Shown here one piece after another: positions 24,269-36,848 of a DNA stretch of 64,000 nucleotides. Under the pieces are notes generated by a model. It saw only the letters and a program-made list of their open reading frames with translations. It made no database searches and was not told the origin of the DNA. A program made the translations under genes and the position numbers. This DNA comes from Dicyema japonicum (Eukaryota; Animalia; Dicyemida), in the NCBI GenBank assembly GCA_011109175.1, contig RDEW01000091.1, forward strand, positions 2,169 through 66,168, read 5' to 3'. How positions within the stretch are numbered: position 1 is the first letter of the stretch; each line of letters begins with the position of its first letter.

Positions 24269-24731
24269 TTTGATTTTATAAATAAAAAAACATAACTTGT
24301 CAGGGAAGCCAGAAAATATTATAAATTATTTGATTATATTAAACTATAATAAATTTTATTTAAATTAAATTAGTGAAAGTTGAATGATTTTGGTGAGTTT
24401 TTTTTAAATTAAAAGAAATTTACCTTTATAGACTTTAATAAGATCTTTTTGCACAAAAATCACATCTCAAAGCATAACCGAGAAATTGGCCAGAAATTTT
24501 ACCAAAGGAACGGAGATTGCCGTTGAAGATATTTCCGGAGGCTGTGGCTCAATGTTTTTTGTTCACGTTATATCAGAAGATTTTAACAACTTGAGGGAAG
24601 TTAAAAGGCACGTGCTGATTAACAAAGTTTAAATTTTATTTAAAAGCATAGTTTTTAAGTGATGAATTAAAAATTATTCACGGAATAAGGATAAAAACTG
24701 AATCAAAATGTGACTAATAATTTATTAAACA

Positions 24732-25230
24732 TTAAATAAATATCCAACCTGTTATTTTTAATTTCCCTCCCAACTTTGGAACTTCTATGCAAACAATTTG
24801 TTCTACCGTGTATCGAGTAGGCATGTGCTGCAGGATTGTGTCACTATAACTATCGACACAGAGCAAGCTGGACGTGTCACAAAACCAATGCCTTGGAATA
24901 CCGGAGAACACTAAACGTAGCCCCAATCACGGAATACCTTACTGAACGCCACCGAGACTTCCTAAAGATTGTAAAGTCTCGTGAAAATCATACTATTTCT
25001 GGACGCTTGCCCTAGATACGAGAAGAAACCTTTCCTTTGTGGAGATTAAACCATGACTTCAAAACTAACCGCATAAAAAAAGTGCATATGTCGTTGGTGT
25101 GAAAGCCCACGTGATTACTGCCAACTGGTTGGAAGGTTGAGGTCGTCACGTACTTATATTGCACGGATACTTAGTTTCGTATGTAAGCCCTTGTCTTCCT
25201 TCTCTTAAGCGTGGACGAGGTGACGGACGT
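24732..25230 (-). CDS. Possible orphan multi-exon gene
   Basis: Four successive 29-35 nt GT-AG segments join an open frame GLTYETKYPCNI-IGSNHVGFHTNDICTFFMR-KGFFSYLGKRPEI-EVSVAFM-FSGIPRHWFCD...KITGWIFI*. The 5' end is not resolved. Confidence 0.35.
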
Positions 25231-25495
25231 CATCTCCAATTCTCATCCAAGGTTATATACAGTTTGGTTATTTTCATTAATAGAGAATCGCATAAAATAA
25301 GAAAAAATTGCTATCAGATTAAATATTTTTTTCAAGTTTTGATCAAAGGTCTTCTGAGGTCGGACGATCTGAAAACTCAAGAATTGAACCGTTCCTGATG
25401 CCTAACCTACCAGATGTTGCCCTTCTTGCTTCAAAGGTGACTACGTAAAAATAGTCATAGAAAGCTAATTTTATTATTTCAAACTAAACTATAAA

Positions 25496-26139
25496 TTATT
25501 TGAAGTAAAAAATGTCAGTCTTCATCATAATGGAACAAAACTCGTTAAAGTCGATGAATCCACTAGCATTTAAATCTGCGTCATGAAACATTTCGGCAAT
25601 CATTTTCTTTTTGATTTTCAAATTATTATCAAAACAGCATTTCTCCAGATCCTTCAAAGAAAACTTTCCTTTACCGTCTTTGAGTGAACAGCATTAATAC
25701 CGTGGTCGATAAAATCAAAACAGACCTTAAGCATTTCAAATGGATTTATGTCCGATCCCTGAATTCTCTCGATGAGGGTGATAAACACTTCGAGGTTGAC
25801 TTGAGTGATTGCAAAACCAAACTCTCAAATGTGTTCAATTCAGGAATTTCGATGATTGATTGTATCTTGGATTCATCGATGCGGAGAATTCTTAGAGCGT
25901 CACTTAGCTGCTTCATATTAAGAATTCTAAAACACGTGCTATTTAACGAACCCCTTGTTTCCAGTATCAATTTCGTTAAATAAGTATCTTAGATCTGATA
26001 ATTCCTGCAGTGAAAATCTATCCGGATCATTCAAAAAGACATCAGTTCCCGCAGATGCTAGTCGTCTCGATGCTTTTAGGATTTCATTCAAAATCTACTA
26101 ATCAGCCAATGACTTAACAGAAATAATTGACTTTTCCAT
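25496..26139 (-). CDS. Centrin/caltractin-like EF-hand protein, multi-exon
   Basis: FSLQELSDLRYLFNEIDTGNKG-IL, MLKVCFDFIDH-DGKGKFSLKDLEKCC, IAEMFHDADLNASGFIDFNEFCSIMMKTDIF (centrin-like C-terminus). Confidence 0.85.
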
Positions 26140-26200
26140 TAACTTGTCTCCAAGAGTTTTAATTAAAAGTGAAATTTATTAAAATAAAAATTTAAATAAT

Positions 26201-26299
26201 TTATTGTTTCTAACAGAGAATCTATTTTGCTTCCTATCTCTTTAATTTTAAATATTTTATTGTTTCTAACAGAGAATCCATTTTGCCTCCTATCTCTCT
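26201..26299 (+). repeat. Direct duplication of about 43 bp next to a LINE 5' end
   Basis: ttattgtttctaacagagaatc.attttgc.tcctatctct occurs twice, about 56 bp apart. Confidence 0.85.
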
Positions 26300-27880
26300 A
26301 TTCGAAATGTGGCAAAAGGCGATGAAGTTTCAACAGAGGAGGATTATGTTCAAAGTGATGTGAACAACTTAATAAAATTCTATACTAAAATTTTACACAA
26401 GGAGCACATGAAGTCTGATACACTATCATCACGCAGGAAACTAGAGAGAATATCAGAACCACTTTTCTTTTTTGAGAGAGGTACAAGCGACATTCCGTAA
26501 AAACGACATACTCCCACAAACCAGACAACATTCCTATTATCTTATTAAAAAATCTTGGAGACGGAATAGTCACTTTTCTAACATCGATTTTCAACTTTTC
26601 GATTAATCAGAATGTGATACCGTTGTTATGGAAACAGGCTCTAATATGGCCAGTACTGAAACCAGGAAGACCGAGAGATGACCCAGCGTCTTTTAAACCG
26701 GTGTCACTGCTATGTTCAATGTCAAAAATTCTGGAGAGGCTTGTGCTCGGGAGAATAAAAGAATTATTACCAGAGAGGCCTTTTCAACATGGATTCAAAA
26801 ATGAGAGATCTTCATACTTGCAAACATTGACCGACTTCATTCGAGTCGGATTCACAACCAAGCCGAGACACTTTAAAACAGTGATCTGCTCGATCGACAT
26901 ACATAAGGCTTTTGACTCAGTCTCGAAAAAGATTTTATCGAAAAAAATATTTCAATCGGAGATCCCAGGGAAACTAAAACTTTGGATTATTAACTTTCTA
27001 AGTGGACGAAGGGGACGTGTTTGCTTCGGAGGTCTGAAATCAATCTCACGGCTCCTCCCAAACGGAGTCCCTCAAGGATCGCCTTTATCCCCTGCTCTGT
27101 TTAACCGCTTTCTGGATGATATCTCGAGTCTTGAATCTGATAATGATGTTCTACTTTCCTATGCGGATAGTATTGTGTTGGCTTCGCGAGATCAGGACAT
27201 CCAGAAGGCCACAGAAAGAATACAAATTAACTGGACAGGCTTAATGCCTGGATAATGGAAAAGCAGCTCGTGGTGAATGCAGAGAAGTCGTCTACATCAC
27301 TATTTACCTCTGACAAAAGATTGGGAAGAAAGACAGTCACCTTGAAGTTAAACAAGGTCGGCATCCCTTTCCACAGTTGTTAAAGGATCTTGGGTGTGAC
27401 AATTGATGTGCATCTCTGTTTAACACCTCACGTAGAAAACATTCTATTAAAATGCGAGAAGAAACTGAACGTATTGAAAAGTTTATTGGGAATATGGAAG
27501 AGTGATACTCACCCAGTTTGATGAACGTATACAAACAATACATCGAGCCATGTTTCTCATATGCATGCGCCTCGTAGGGACCGTTCATATCTTGGACAAA
27601 TATGAGGAAAATTGAGGAAATGCAAAAGAGGGCTTACAGAGTAATGGAGCGTTGGATTTGTGAAGATCATCGACCCGGACCTACGCCTCTGGAGGCCCTT
27701 ATGAAACTAGACTCCAGATCACGGGAAGTTGGCCCTGAAAATTCAGGCAGCCTGTTCGTTCATGCGCAGGCACGAAGGAAGAACACAGGGCAAAGATGAG
27801 GTCTCTGTTAGAATGCATCGGGATCACGTGATAATTACTTTTGTTTTACCGTGGTCATAGGTTAAATAAAAAAATAAATA
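26300..27880 (+). mobile_element. 5'-truncated APE-RT-type LINE
   Basis: PDNIP..LLKNL, WKQALIWPVLKPG, FKPVSLLCSMSKILERLV, FQHGF, DIHKAFDSV, GVPQGSPLSP, SYADS. 3' end IGIT* plus stem-loop and A-rich tail. Confidence 0.93.
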
Positions 27881-27884
27881 TCCA

Positions 27885-28790
27885 TAGTATTTCCCCCATA
27901 TCAGCTGGAGAGAATACCGTGGTCTTTTGAATATTTCATTTCACAAAGGTTGCTTTGAATCTAAAGCTTAAATCATCTAGGAAACGATGTCCAGTGGAAT
28001 AACTAGGAAAATGTAAGAGAACACAAGAGGAATATAGCTAATACTCGACAGATACCATAAGAAATATGTCCCTATGAATAATACTGAAACAAGGGCAACT
28101 TGTTGCAGGAAAGCTTGGAAATGTTAAAAGAACCCTACTAACAGTATGTTTGGACTTGAATACCTAATTAGAAGTATAAATCATTCTTTGTGCTCTTTGG
28201 ATTAACTACAAAATTAGCTCAGTCTTAAATGTTCCCTGCCCCTATCTCAAACTGATATCAGTCACCACTTGGTTCAACTTTCACTAGTCGCATCTACTCG
28301 CCAAGACTAACACATAGCAAGTGGAATCCTATCAAAGACACAACGATTCAATCACCCATGGATTAGAAAACAGCTCTGACAAGTCTGATTTATATATATC
28401 TTTTGTTCGCAAATAGGACACAGTACGCGATTATTGCAAAGAAAAACACATTCCAATCAAAGATAATTATGGGTCAATTAGTTAATCGACCGACAAATCG
28501 CAGCAGCCCATGTTCCACAATATTTTTGGCACTAAGCAGCGCGTCATCCATATCTGCGGTTGTGAGAACCCCTCCACTGAAGAATTAGAGATGAATTTTT
28601 TGATACCGGCCGGGCACTGGACGTCTCCTGAGTCATATGAACTCATGAAGTCTTTTATGTAAATCCACGCTATCACACCGACCAAAGTTATATAACAATC
28701 TAGACATGATTTATTGCTAGAAAACCACATAAATTATAATTAATAAAACGTATATGATTTGGGATTATAATGTGGTTACACTAGTCATTA
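27885..28790 (-). CDS. Possible multi-pass membrane protein (weak innexin/pannexin-like layout) abutting a LINE tail
   Basis: Hydrophobic segments YITLVGVIAWIYI, IIFDWNVFFFAIIAYCVLF and QVALVSVLFIGTYFLWYL. Loop DVQCPA-VEGFSQPQIWMTRCL. Micro-intron-like gaps. Confidence 0.3.
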
Positions 28791-28794
28791 AAAA

Positions 28795-29210
28795 ATTCAA
28801 TCTAAGAAAAATCACTTCAGCTTGACATGATCCTTCCTTGAGCCCACACAAGTACCCATAGGCCGTTTAACTGGTTCCTTGTAGTCGCAACAGTACGTTC
28901 CTCGGTTCTTACGTACTAAAGATTCGAGAGTCATTGGAGACAGGTACTTTCCAGAAGTCCATCTTTTCGTAATTTTGGAAGCCCTTTTAGCTTAGAGTTT
29001 CATGCAATTTGTCCGAGAGGTAAACGTGGCCCATAATGCACATACATATAAGATCCATGGTTCGACGTACTGCTTGTATATAGAGTTCAAGATTGGATGG
29101 CTTCCTGCTTTCCATACTCCAGAGATTCCTATCAGAAAATTTGTCTTTTTTGGCATTTGATGATCAATTTTTCGACATGCGCATGTGCATGTAGACTGTG
29201 ACTCCAATAG
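28795..29210 (-). mobile_element. LINE 3' fragment related to the 26300-27880 family
   Basis: ILNSIYKQYVEPWILYVCALWA. Terminal stem GAAGGATCAT/GTGATTTTTC. Confidence 0.75.
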
Positions 29211-29320
29211 GCAAGAATAAAGATAACAAAAAAGGTAGCAAAATTAATTTTAAAAATTAAGTAATTTTATTATTTATATCAAAAATATTATACAAATCAA
29301 ATTTAATAGGACAAATTAAT

Positions 29321-30503
29321 ATGGTAATTACTGCAAACAATCTTTTTGGAAAGGTAATTATGAGCTATTAAACTAATATTAGTTCAGAAAAGTGAGTAGT
29401 ATCAAATCTTACGAATGGGGGTTTTTAGGACTTACCTTTGTCTCCAACACCATTGCCCTTATTGTGGCTTTGTTTAGAATTGTCCAGATTATTAATAATT
29501 CCCCCATGGATGCCAAGAATAAAAATGACATCAGACTGGCTTTCCTGCTAATTATCAATATATGTATGGACTGGCTGACTTTTAGTTTATTCGTTTTTTT
29601 ACTCCGTCAACGGGATCTTTAGGGAAAGGAAATTTGAGTTGTACGCCTTGGCTTTCTCTGTGGGGGTTGTGTTGTGCTATGTAATTATACATTTCTTCAT
29701 TCCAAACAGCAGTGAAGGTTATAGCTTAGTACTATCCCCCAGCTACCTTTAACCTGATCAGGATGATCTGCTCGATCATACTGGCCCCCTTCATATTTGT
29801 AATGGCCCTTTGGATCCCCAGAAAGTTCGGAAAGTTCGCCTTCATTGTAATTGGGGCGCTGGAAGCCAGATCACGTTGCCAGTTTACATTACTTTAGGAG
29901 CTTATAACATTATCGGTTCATTCAATTCCTTGCTTAAATCTCGACTCACAGTTAACCGTTTGTTATTTCTATGATGTCATAGTTGAACTCATTGCTTTTG
30001 ATGTACAACGTCTCATCCGATTACAAGCTCTTCTCTATTTTGTCAATTACTTTAGGATTGATTGTCAATTTCTTTGTATTTTCGTTTGGATTTTTAGCGG
30101 TGGACTTGATTTTTATTTTAGATAAGATTTGAAAACAAAAAGTACATATATGCCATGTGGTCTCTCTCATATTTGGAGTTCTTCTACTTGATTTATGCAG
30201 CTGTATATGCTCTAAATATTTTAGACAAATTTTTCTTTCAATTCTACATTCAATTTAGTCAGCATCTCTTATATTTCCATTATTGGGATCGCTCTTCTCC
30301 TTCGTATTGTCCTAACTGTGCAAGCCGTCTTTGTTATTCGCTCTTTTGGTCTTCAAGTCAAAGATATTTGTATGAAATTAATTTTATTTAGTATTCGGCG
30401 ATGAAGAGCGCGTATTTTCTGAGTCGTTTATGGGTAACTGATTTTCTAAAGCTTAGACGAAAGTATGGACTCTCGTCTGTCTGATTCTATCTCAAATCAA
30501 TAA
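29321..30503 (+). CDS. Multi-pass membrane protein, UPF0658/DUF7789-like (one apparent 1-nt frameshift near 29940)
   Basis: Spliced frame contains YSVNGIFRERKFELYAL, FGKFAFIVIGA, LLK.D.Q, a second AIRFENKKY motif and FGLQVKD. About 8 hydrophobic helices; 22-29 nt introns. Confidence 0.65.
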
Positions 30504-30619
30504 TTGATTATTTTTATTCCCAACTTAAATGATATAATTTTCATTATAAAAATTAATGTGTTGGTTTTTATTTAAGTTTTTGTGGCTTCATTTTTTAATG
30601 CACTTTCACTATGCTAATG

Positions 30620-30900
30620 TTCATTGGAAAGTATGTCCAATACGAAAAAAACGTTGACGTCATCCTTCTCCACTTGTTCCTGTCACAAGCAAGTTCACGT
30701 ACTACAACTAAGTCTTATCCATCTCTGTAGGGTGGTCCTTGATTGTTCACATAGTCAGGGAGTGTCAGAGAAGTCCTCTATGGCCACGTTAGCCGGGACT
30801 TGCAGGTCCGTTCTCAATACACGTCCAAAGAGTCTCCGTCGAGCTTCCTTGAGCATCTCATCCTCTAGTACAATGGTTTCCAAGCTGGACGATATCGCCC
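30620..30900 (-). mobile_element. RTE-like LINE C-terminal fragment
   Basis: ARRRLFGRVLRTDLQVPANVAIED..SRTTL, similar to 45850-46000. Confidence 0.6.
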
Positions 30901-31559
30901 AGAATGGGCGGTGGGATTTTTAATTATTGATTTTTAAAAATTTTTTAGATGAGTCACTATTGACTTATCTAAGTTGTGGCTATCAAACAATTCTTATGTG
31001 TCAGGTAGAAGTTCGTTAAACAGCTGATGTTAAATAAAACTGGAAAGGCGATGTTTCCTTAACAAAAAATTATTTTGTCGACATTCCATTAGAAAATCTA
31101 CTATCGACAGCGACATTCCATTAGAAAATCGCTATATAGCGATGTTTGGAAAAGGTTTTACAGAATTTTTTAAAATAATTATGCCTTGAAATAATTTGGT
31201 TTTCTCCATTTGGAATCGGGATGTCAGGTAAGTTAAAAAGTAGCGGGGAAAGTGGTGAACCTTGAGGTACTCCATTAGGAAATAGTCTAGAGACTGGTTG
31301 AATGTTTCCGAGACATACTCTCCTCTACATCCGCCAAGAAAGTTAGCAAGTTATAATTTGAAATTCCCGGAATATCTGTCTGGAATATTTTCAAATTAAG
31401 AGTTTGAAATTCTCGGAATGTCTGTCTGGAATATACTTCCTGAGAATGGAGTCGAAGGCTTTACATATATACACTTTCATAGAACGGTCTTCTGATGTAT
31501 TGGTTTGTTGAAGAAGCCAGGGTGAATAAAGTTGCTCAAGGTTGATCGGTCTTTTTTAA

Positions 31560-33858
31560 CTCAAACATCAATTATGGTATGAAGGCCAGAAACCAGACAG
31601 TAGAGGAAACCTACTGGCAAGAAACTTGGGACAATTTTGTATATTGAATAACACCATAAACAATACAAGAACACCTACTCGAAAAGGAGACAAACCTACA
31701 TCCTCTGACCTCTCCTTATGTTCCCCATCAATGTTTCCCCTCGTCAAATGGACTGTAAAATATGAACTAAGAAGTGATCACAACCCTATTATGATGAAAA
31801 TCAACACTGCAAATAAATTTATCAGACAGAATTCCACTTTTTTAAATTTTGAAAGCGCAGATTTGTCCAACTTCTCTAATTACATCGACACCAATATGGA
31901 AGTATTTTACACATTGGTATTCTCATCAATTGACCACATGATCAAAACTTTCACGGACATTATACTCAAAGCAAGAAAACTATTTATTCCAATGGGATGC
32001 CATCAAACAAGGAATACCTATTATAATATGCACACAAAAACACTTATCAGAGAAAGAAATAAATTAAAGAAGCAAAAGGAATTATCAAATGACGATTTCC
32101 AAAAAATGAAATCTTTGAAAATACAAATTAAACAAGTTACCCAGTCTAGAATCAAGAAGCGATGGACATCACTTATTGATTCTCTATCGCCAAATACATC
32201 CGAGACGCTGATATGGAGAAAATTAAATATTTGAGACGTTGCAATGAAGGCTCTGAGAAAGTCCTTTACGGACAGGGATGTAGCAACATCGACCCAAATA
32301 TTTTAATGAAGCACTATGTCGCGATCAGCCATAAAAATTTCTCGAGGGAACACAGAATCTACAAGAAGAAGTTGTATCCATCATATGATTTGATTGTCTT
32401 TACTCCACAAGAAGTTCGAAACGAAATCATGGATGCCAAAAACTCCCGTTCCCGAGGCTGACAATGTCTCGATGATGGAACTGAAACACCTTGGTGAAAA
32501 AGCAACCAAATTCTTATCACGTTTATACTATATCTGTGAACAATAATATGATACCTTCTATATGGAAGAAATCTATAATTCTGCCAATTCGGAAGCCAAA
32601 CAAACCTGCAAATGATCCCTCTTCTTATCGTCCAATTGCAATATGTCCCAAATTTTAGAAAAATTAATCTTAACACGAATCAAAAATATTGTACCAAATC
32701 GAGTATTCCAGCATGGATTCCGTGAAAATCATTCTACTACGACTCACTTAACAAAATTAACTCAATATATTTCTGATGGATTCTCTTATCCAAAACCACA
32801 TAAAAGGACCATAATGGCTTTAATAGACTTGAAGAAAGCATTCGACTCCGTCTCCCGGACGCTGCTTATAGAGAAAATTTCTAACACTCTTATAAATCCA
32901 AACATTAAAAGATGGTTGTCGAACTTTTTAAGTGGAAGAAGAGGACAAGTGATGTTAGACAACAGAAAATCTATATCCCGTTTATTGCCGAATGGTGTCC
33001 CTCAAGGTTCACCTCTCTCTCCCCTGCTCTTCAACTGTACACCAATGACCTTCCCACCAACGACGATCCCGATACATTAATACTCTCATACGCAGATGAC
33101 ATTGTTCTTTCAACGAGAGACTCTAACTATGAGAAGGCAGATAAAACTTCAAAGTTATATTAATATGCTGGAAAATTGGCTCACATCAAATCGACTGGAA
33201 GTTTCTACAGGAAAGTCGTTTATAACAATTTTCTCTACATATAGAAGATCATTATACTCTCCCAAAATCAAATTGTTTGATATGAAATTCCTATGAATAA
33301 GTCTCCAACAATACTAGGATTAAAGTTGGATACTCTCCTGACATTCGGCCAACATGTCAATGACGTTATTACCAAAGTCAGGAGGAGGACCAACATATTG
33401 AAAATTTTTCCCGATCACCAATCGAGCACAACACCTTCTTACTACAGAAAATTTACAGACAATACATACTGCCAGTAATCGAATACGCATGTCTCTCCTG
33501 GAGCTCGATGATTTCTGAATCGTCGTCTCAAAAATTAGAAGCCGCACAACTTGCTACTTTAAAATAATAAATAAGAAAACTGTGGATAACGTATTGAATG
33601 TTAAAGAACACCTAAAGTGGAGAGTGAAGTCATTTCTACAGTGGGCAATGAAAACCGGCTGTCCGCTTTCACTCTCTATATCTGACTATCTAGAAAATAC
33701 GGGAAATCTATGGAGAATGAGACCGTCCACGTTTCTACCAATTCTGTTGGATCTTCGAGGACCCCGAACGAGAGCCAGAACCCGGAAAACCGGGATCACT
33801 TAGTTAGTAGTTAACTTTTAACTTTTTCTAATCCGGTGATCTTGGGGTAAAAAAAAAA
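31560..33858 (+). mobile_element. LINE ORF2: APE endonuclease C-terminal half + RT + short C-terminus, frameshifted
   Basis: DSRGNLL, PTR..SDLSLCS..W.V..LRSDHNPI (APE); YRPI, FQHGF, DLKKAFDSV, GVPQGSPLSP, SYADD, ILGLKLDTLLTF. Ends KTGIT* plus stem-loop and poly(A). Confidence 0.93.
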
Positions 33859-34469
33859 CTACATGATAGAACTGTCTGTCAGGAAAAAAGTCCTTGATTT
33901 TCACAAGAATGAGCTTCTCCAAAATTTTGGACATTTAGCTTTTATTTAATCGCTCAACGATTTTATACGGAGTCTTGCTTCATGAGAAAGTCTCCCTGCC
34001 TTTTTGAATCGATTTATAACTTTGACAAGTTTTTCACGACTTTATTTTTGGCGTGTAAAAGGGACTAATGCATAAAGTTCTCTTAATAACATGATTATCC
34101 CAGTCGACACCACTGCAAACATCCTGGGAGTCATGTCTGACCAGGGACTCTGGCTAAAAAAATGGGGAACCGGATGATAAATAAGATGAAGAAAATGACG
34201 ATTGTTTCAAAAACTTTCGAAGTAACGTCAGGTGCCTCACCACCATCTACAGCCAGTTTATTCAGCCGATACTGACTTATACTGACGACGTAGACTTCAT
34301 CTCCCACAAATTGACTCTCAAAAAAGTACTTAACATAGCACCTTGCGCCTTTGACTCGAAAAATTGACTGTAATAATCGGTGGTACTGGGAAGCAACAGA
34401 ATCTGAACTATGATTTCGTTAAGACAGCTAAGATCCTAATCGGTATCAGCTGCTCAAAATAGTTAGAAA

Positions 34470-35016
34470 CGCTACCTTATATGTCATACCTAACTATTCG
34501 GAGCAATCATATACCGCCAGACAATCCCGGGTGTGGAATATGCCTCTGCTGTGTGAAGATTCGCGTTATCAGATGCCACTATCCAAGAACTAAACTAACT
34601 GCAAAAAAAACAATACGTATGCTGGGACCACAATGTGGAACAAAAATACCTCCTTTGCTGACGGAATCTACAACTCGTAGATTTGGTTACGGATTTCTCG
34701 CATTTTCGAGGAACATGGACACCCACTAAGCCTCTCACTGTTCCACGAAAAAGAAAATCGGTTGGCTAAGAAATATCCGTGCAAGGATCAAAGAAGGTGT
34801 ACCTTAAGGAAAAACCGAAAATCTGTTGGCTAAAAAATTTCCCCAGTCGGCTTCCTATGCAAGGATCAAAGAAGGCATTTCCGTTCGACAGTGGGAACAA
34901 TGGAGACGCACAAGCTTCGTTCGGATGGCACGTTTGGTTGCGGGAACTGAGATCACCTAACTAGTTGACTTTACTTTTGTATTTCTTTCCCGGTGATCCC
35001 GGGGTTAATAAATAAA
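34470..35016 (+). mobile_element. LINE 3' fragment (22899-24268 family)
   Basis: AIIYRQTIP..EYASA and KENRL.K..PSRL resemble 23000-23350 (-). Ends ACT GAG ATC ACC TAA...CGGTGATCCCGGGGTT(AAAT)n. Confidence 0.85.
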
Positions 35017-36848
35017 TTCGGACATATCCTAAAACTGGACCAAACAACCCTTGTAAAGTGCGCAATGGATTTCTATTATTTTATAGACGACAAATCAACA
35101 TTCCAAAAACTATCACGCACAACCCTGTCAAAATTTTTGTCAAAAATCATCAACGTGTGAAAAAAACAAATAAAACTGGAAGCAGCATCGATGTACCTAG
35201 AAATATGGCCTGAGGATATTTAAAAAACTTAGCAGAAAAATAGTTTCGTGTGTGGCACATGTGGAACTTAATTATTATCCTTAACATTTTGCTTCTATGG
35301 TCATCGGCTCCAACTACGATTTCATTACAAGAATTATGTGAAAATTCGTGAGGATGGCCAGTCCGCCAAACACCCCCTCTACAACATTCTTAGCGAATAC
35401 TTCAAAACCATTCGAGATGCAAGACACTTCCAAACTCCATGTTGATAGCTTTTCAAAATTCCCCTCCCTACCTGATTCGAAACTCTCAATATTTATTAAA
35501 CAATAGAAGCAATTCCATCTTCACAAATACAGTACAGTAAAATCCCTCAGATCCGCAGTTTAGAAAAAAAGTTGTTAATTCGATAATTTTCTCAAGATTT
35601 TTGCGTTGTGTCATATTGGCAGATTTGAAAGAATTACCGTATAATCACTGCAGACAAACATGATTGAGAAATATTAATCATTAATATTACTGCCACCTCG
35701 TCGCAGATAGGACAAACTAGACTTTTCCCACCCTTTTACAATAGCTTTTCAGGCCTTCCGGAGTCAGCAATATCACCTTTACCTTCGATAGGTTGTCGTT
35801 CAAGATAAGGTCTCGAAATATCAACGTGCTTCCATAAGCTACCAGGTGCCAGTGTCTGGCTTAGAAGTAGGAATTCATTAGGAAAACAAAGACATTAGTG
35901 ACAAATCATGCTATAGTTGCCAAGAGACAGTAGGCATTGCCATTAACGATGGCCATTCCTATGCGCTGTGAAAACCATCTCCGTTCTGGAAGGTCCTTGA
36001 TTCGTGTCGCAGTGGCATTTCCGATTTTATGACGACTCATTTACACATTCTTCAGCCACTCCAGAGACTTCGAAGGCGGTTAGGGTAATTAATTATTTTT
36101 ATTTAATAACCCTGGTTATACCAGGAAGAAGTTAAGACGTCTAATAATGGTATATCCAATCCCTGAGTAAAAGGCTTCATATCCGCCATTGTGAGAACTC
36201 TTTCAACAGAGTAGGAAGAAGTAGATTTTTACCAAATCTTAAATGGTGAAATGAAACTACGAAATAATTATCTCCAGTTCGATTATAATTTACAAATGCC
36301 TTAAACGTTGATCAATCATAATATCCATATTCTTTTCATGTCATTTTAGTAGTAATTAATGTAATTGATAGAAAACACGAATAGTTCGATTTTGCGAATA
36401 TTTATAAGTGTCTTTCTCTACTTGAGATCTCCTTGAGCGCTGCTGGATATTCGAACAGATCTCATGTCAATCCTGAGAGGGAATGATACGCAGTAAGGAT
36501 GGCTACCGTATGACCCTTGGATTGATTGCTTAGCGAATATTATAAAGTATTTCATAAACTAATAATTGTGAAAGGATATTTGTCGAAATATAATCCACCT
36601 TCAAAATTGACGGGGGTAAGTCTTTGGCAAGGTTACGGGAACTCTAAGTTAATAGATCTTCCATAAACTTGATGTTTCACTGCCGAACCAGATCGTCTAC
36701 TGGGACTACAAATAAGAAAAAGTTAAAAACACTGGCTACGTCCTATGATTAATTAGCATAACTGTTCTTTCCCTTTTAAAATGAAGTGTTTGGTCGGCAA
36801 AAGTAGAGGTTTATTAATGGAAACATTACTACGCATCTACGAAATGGC

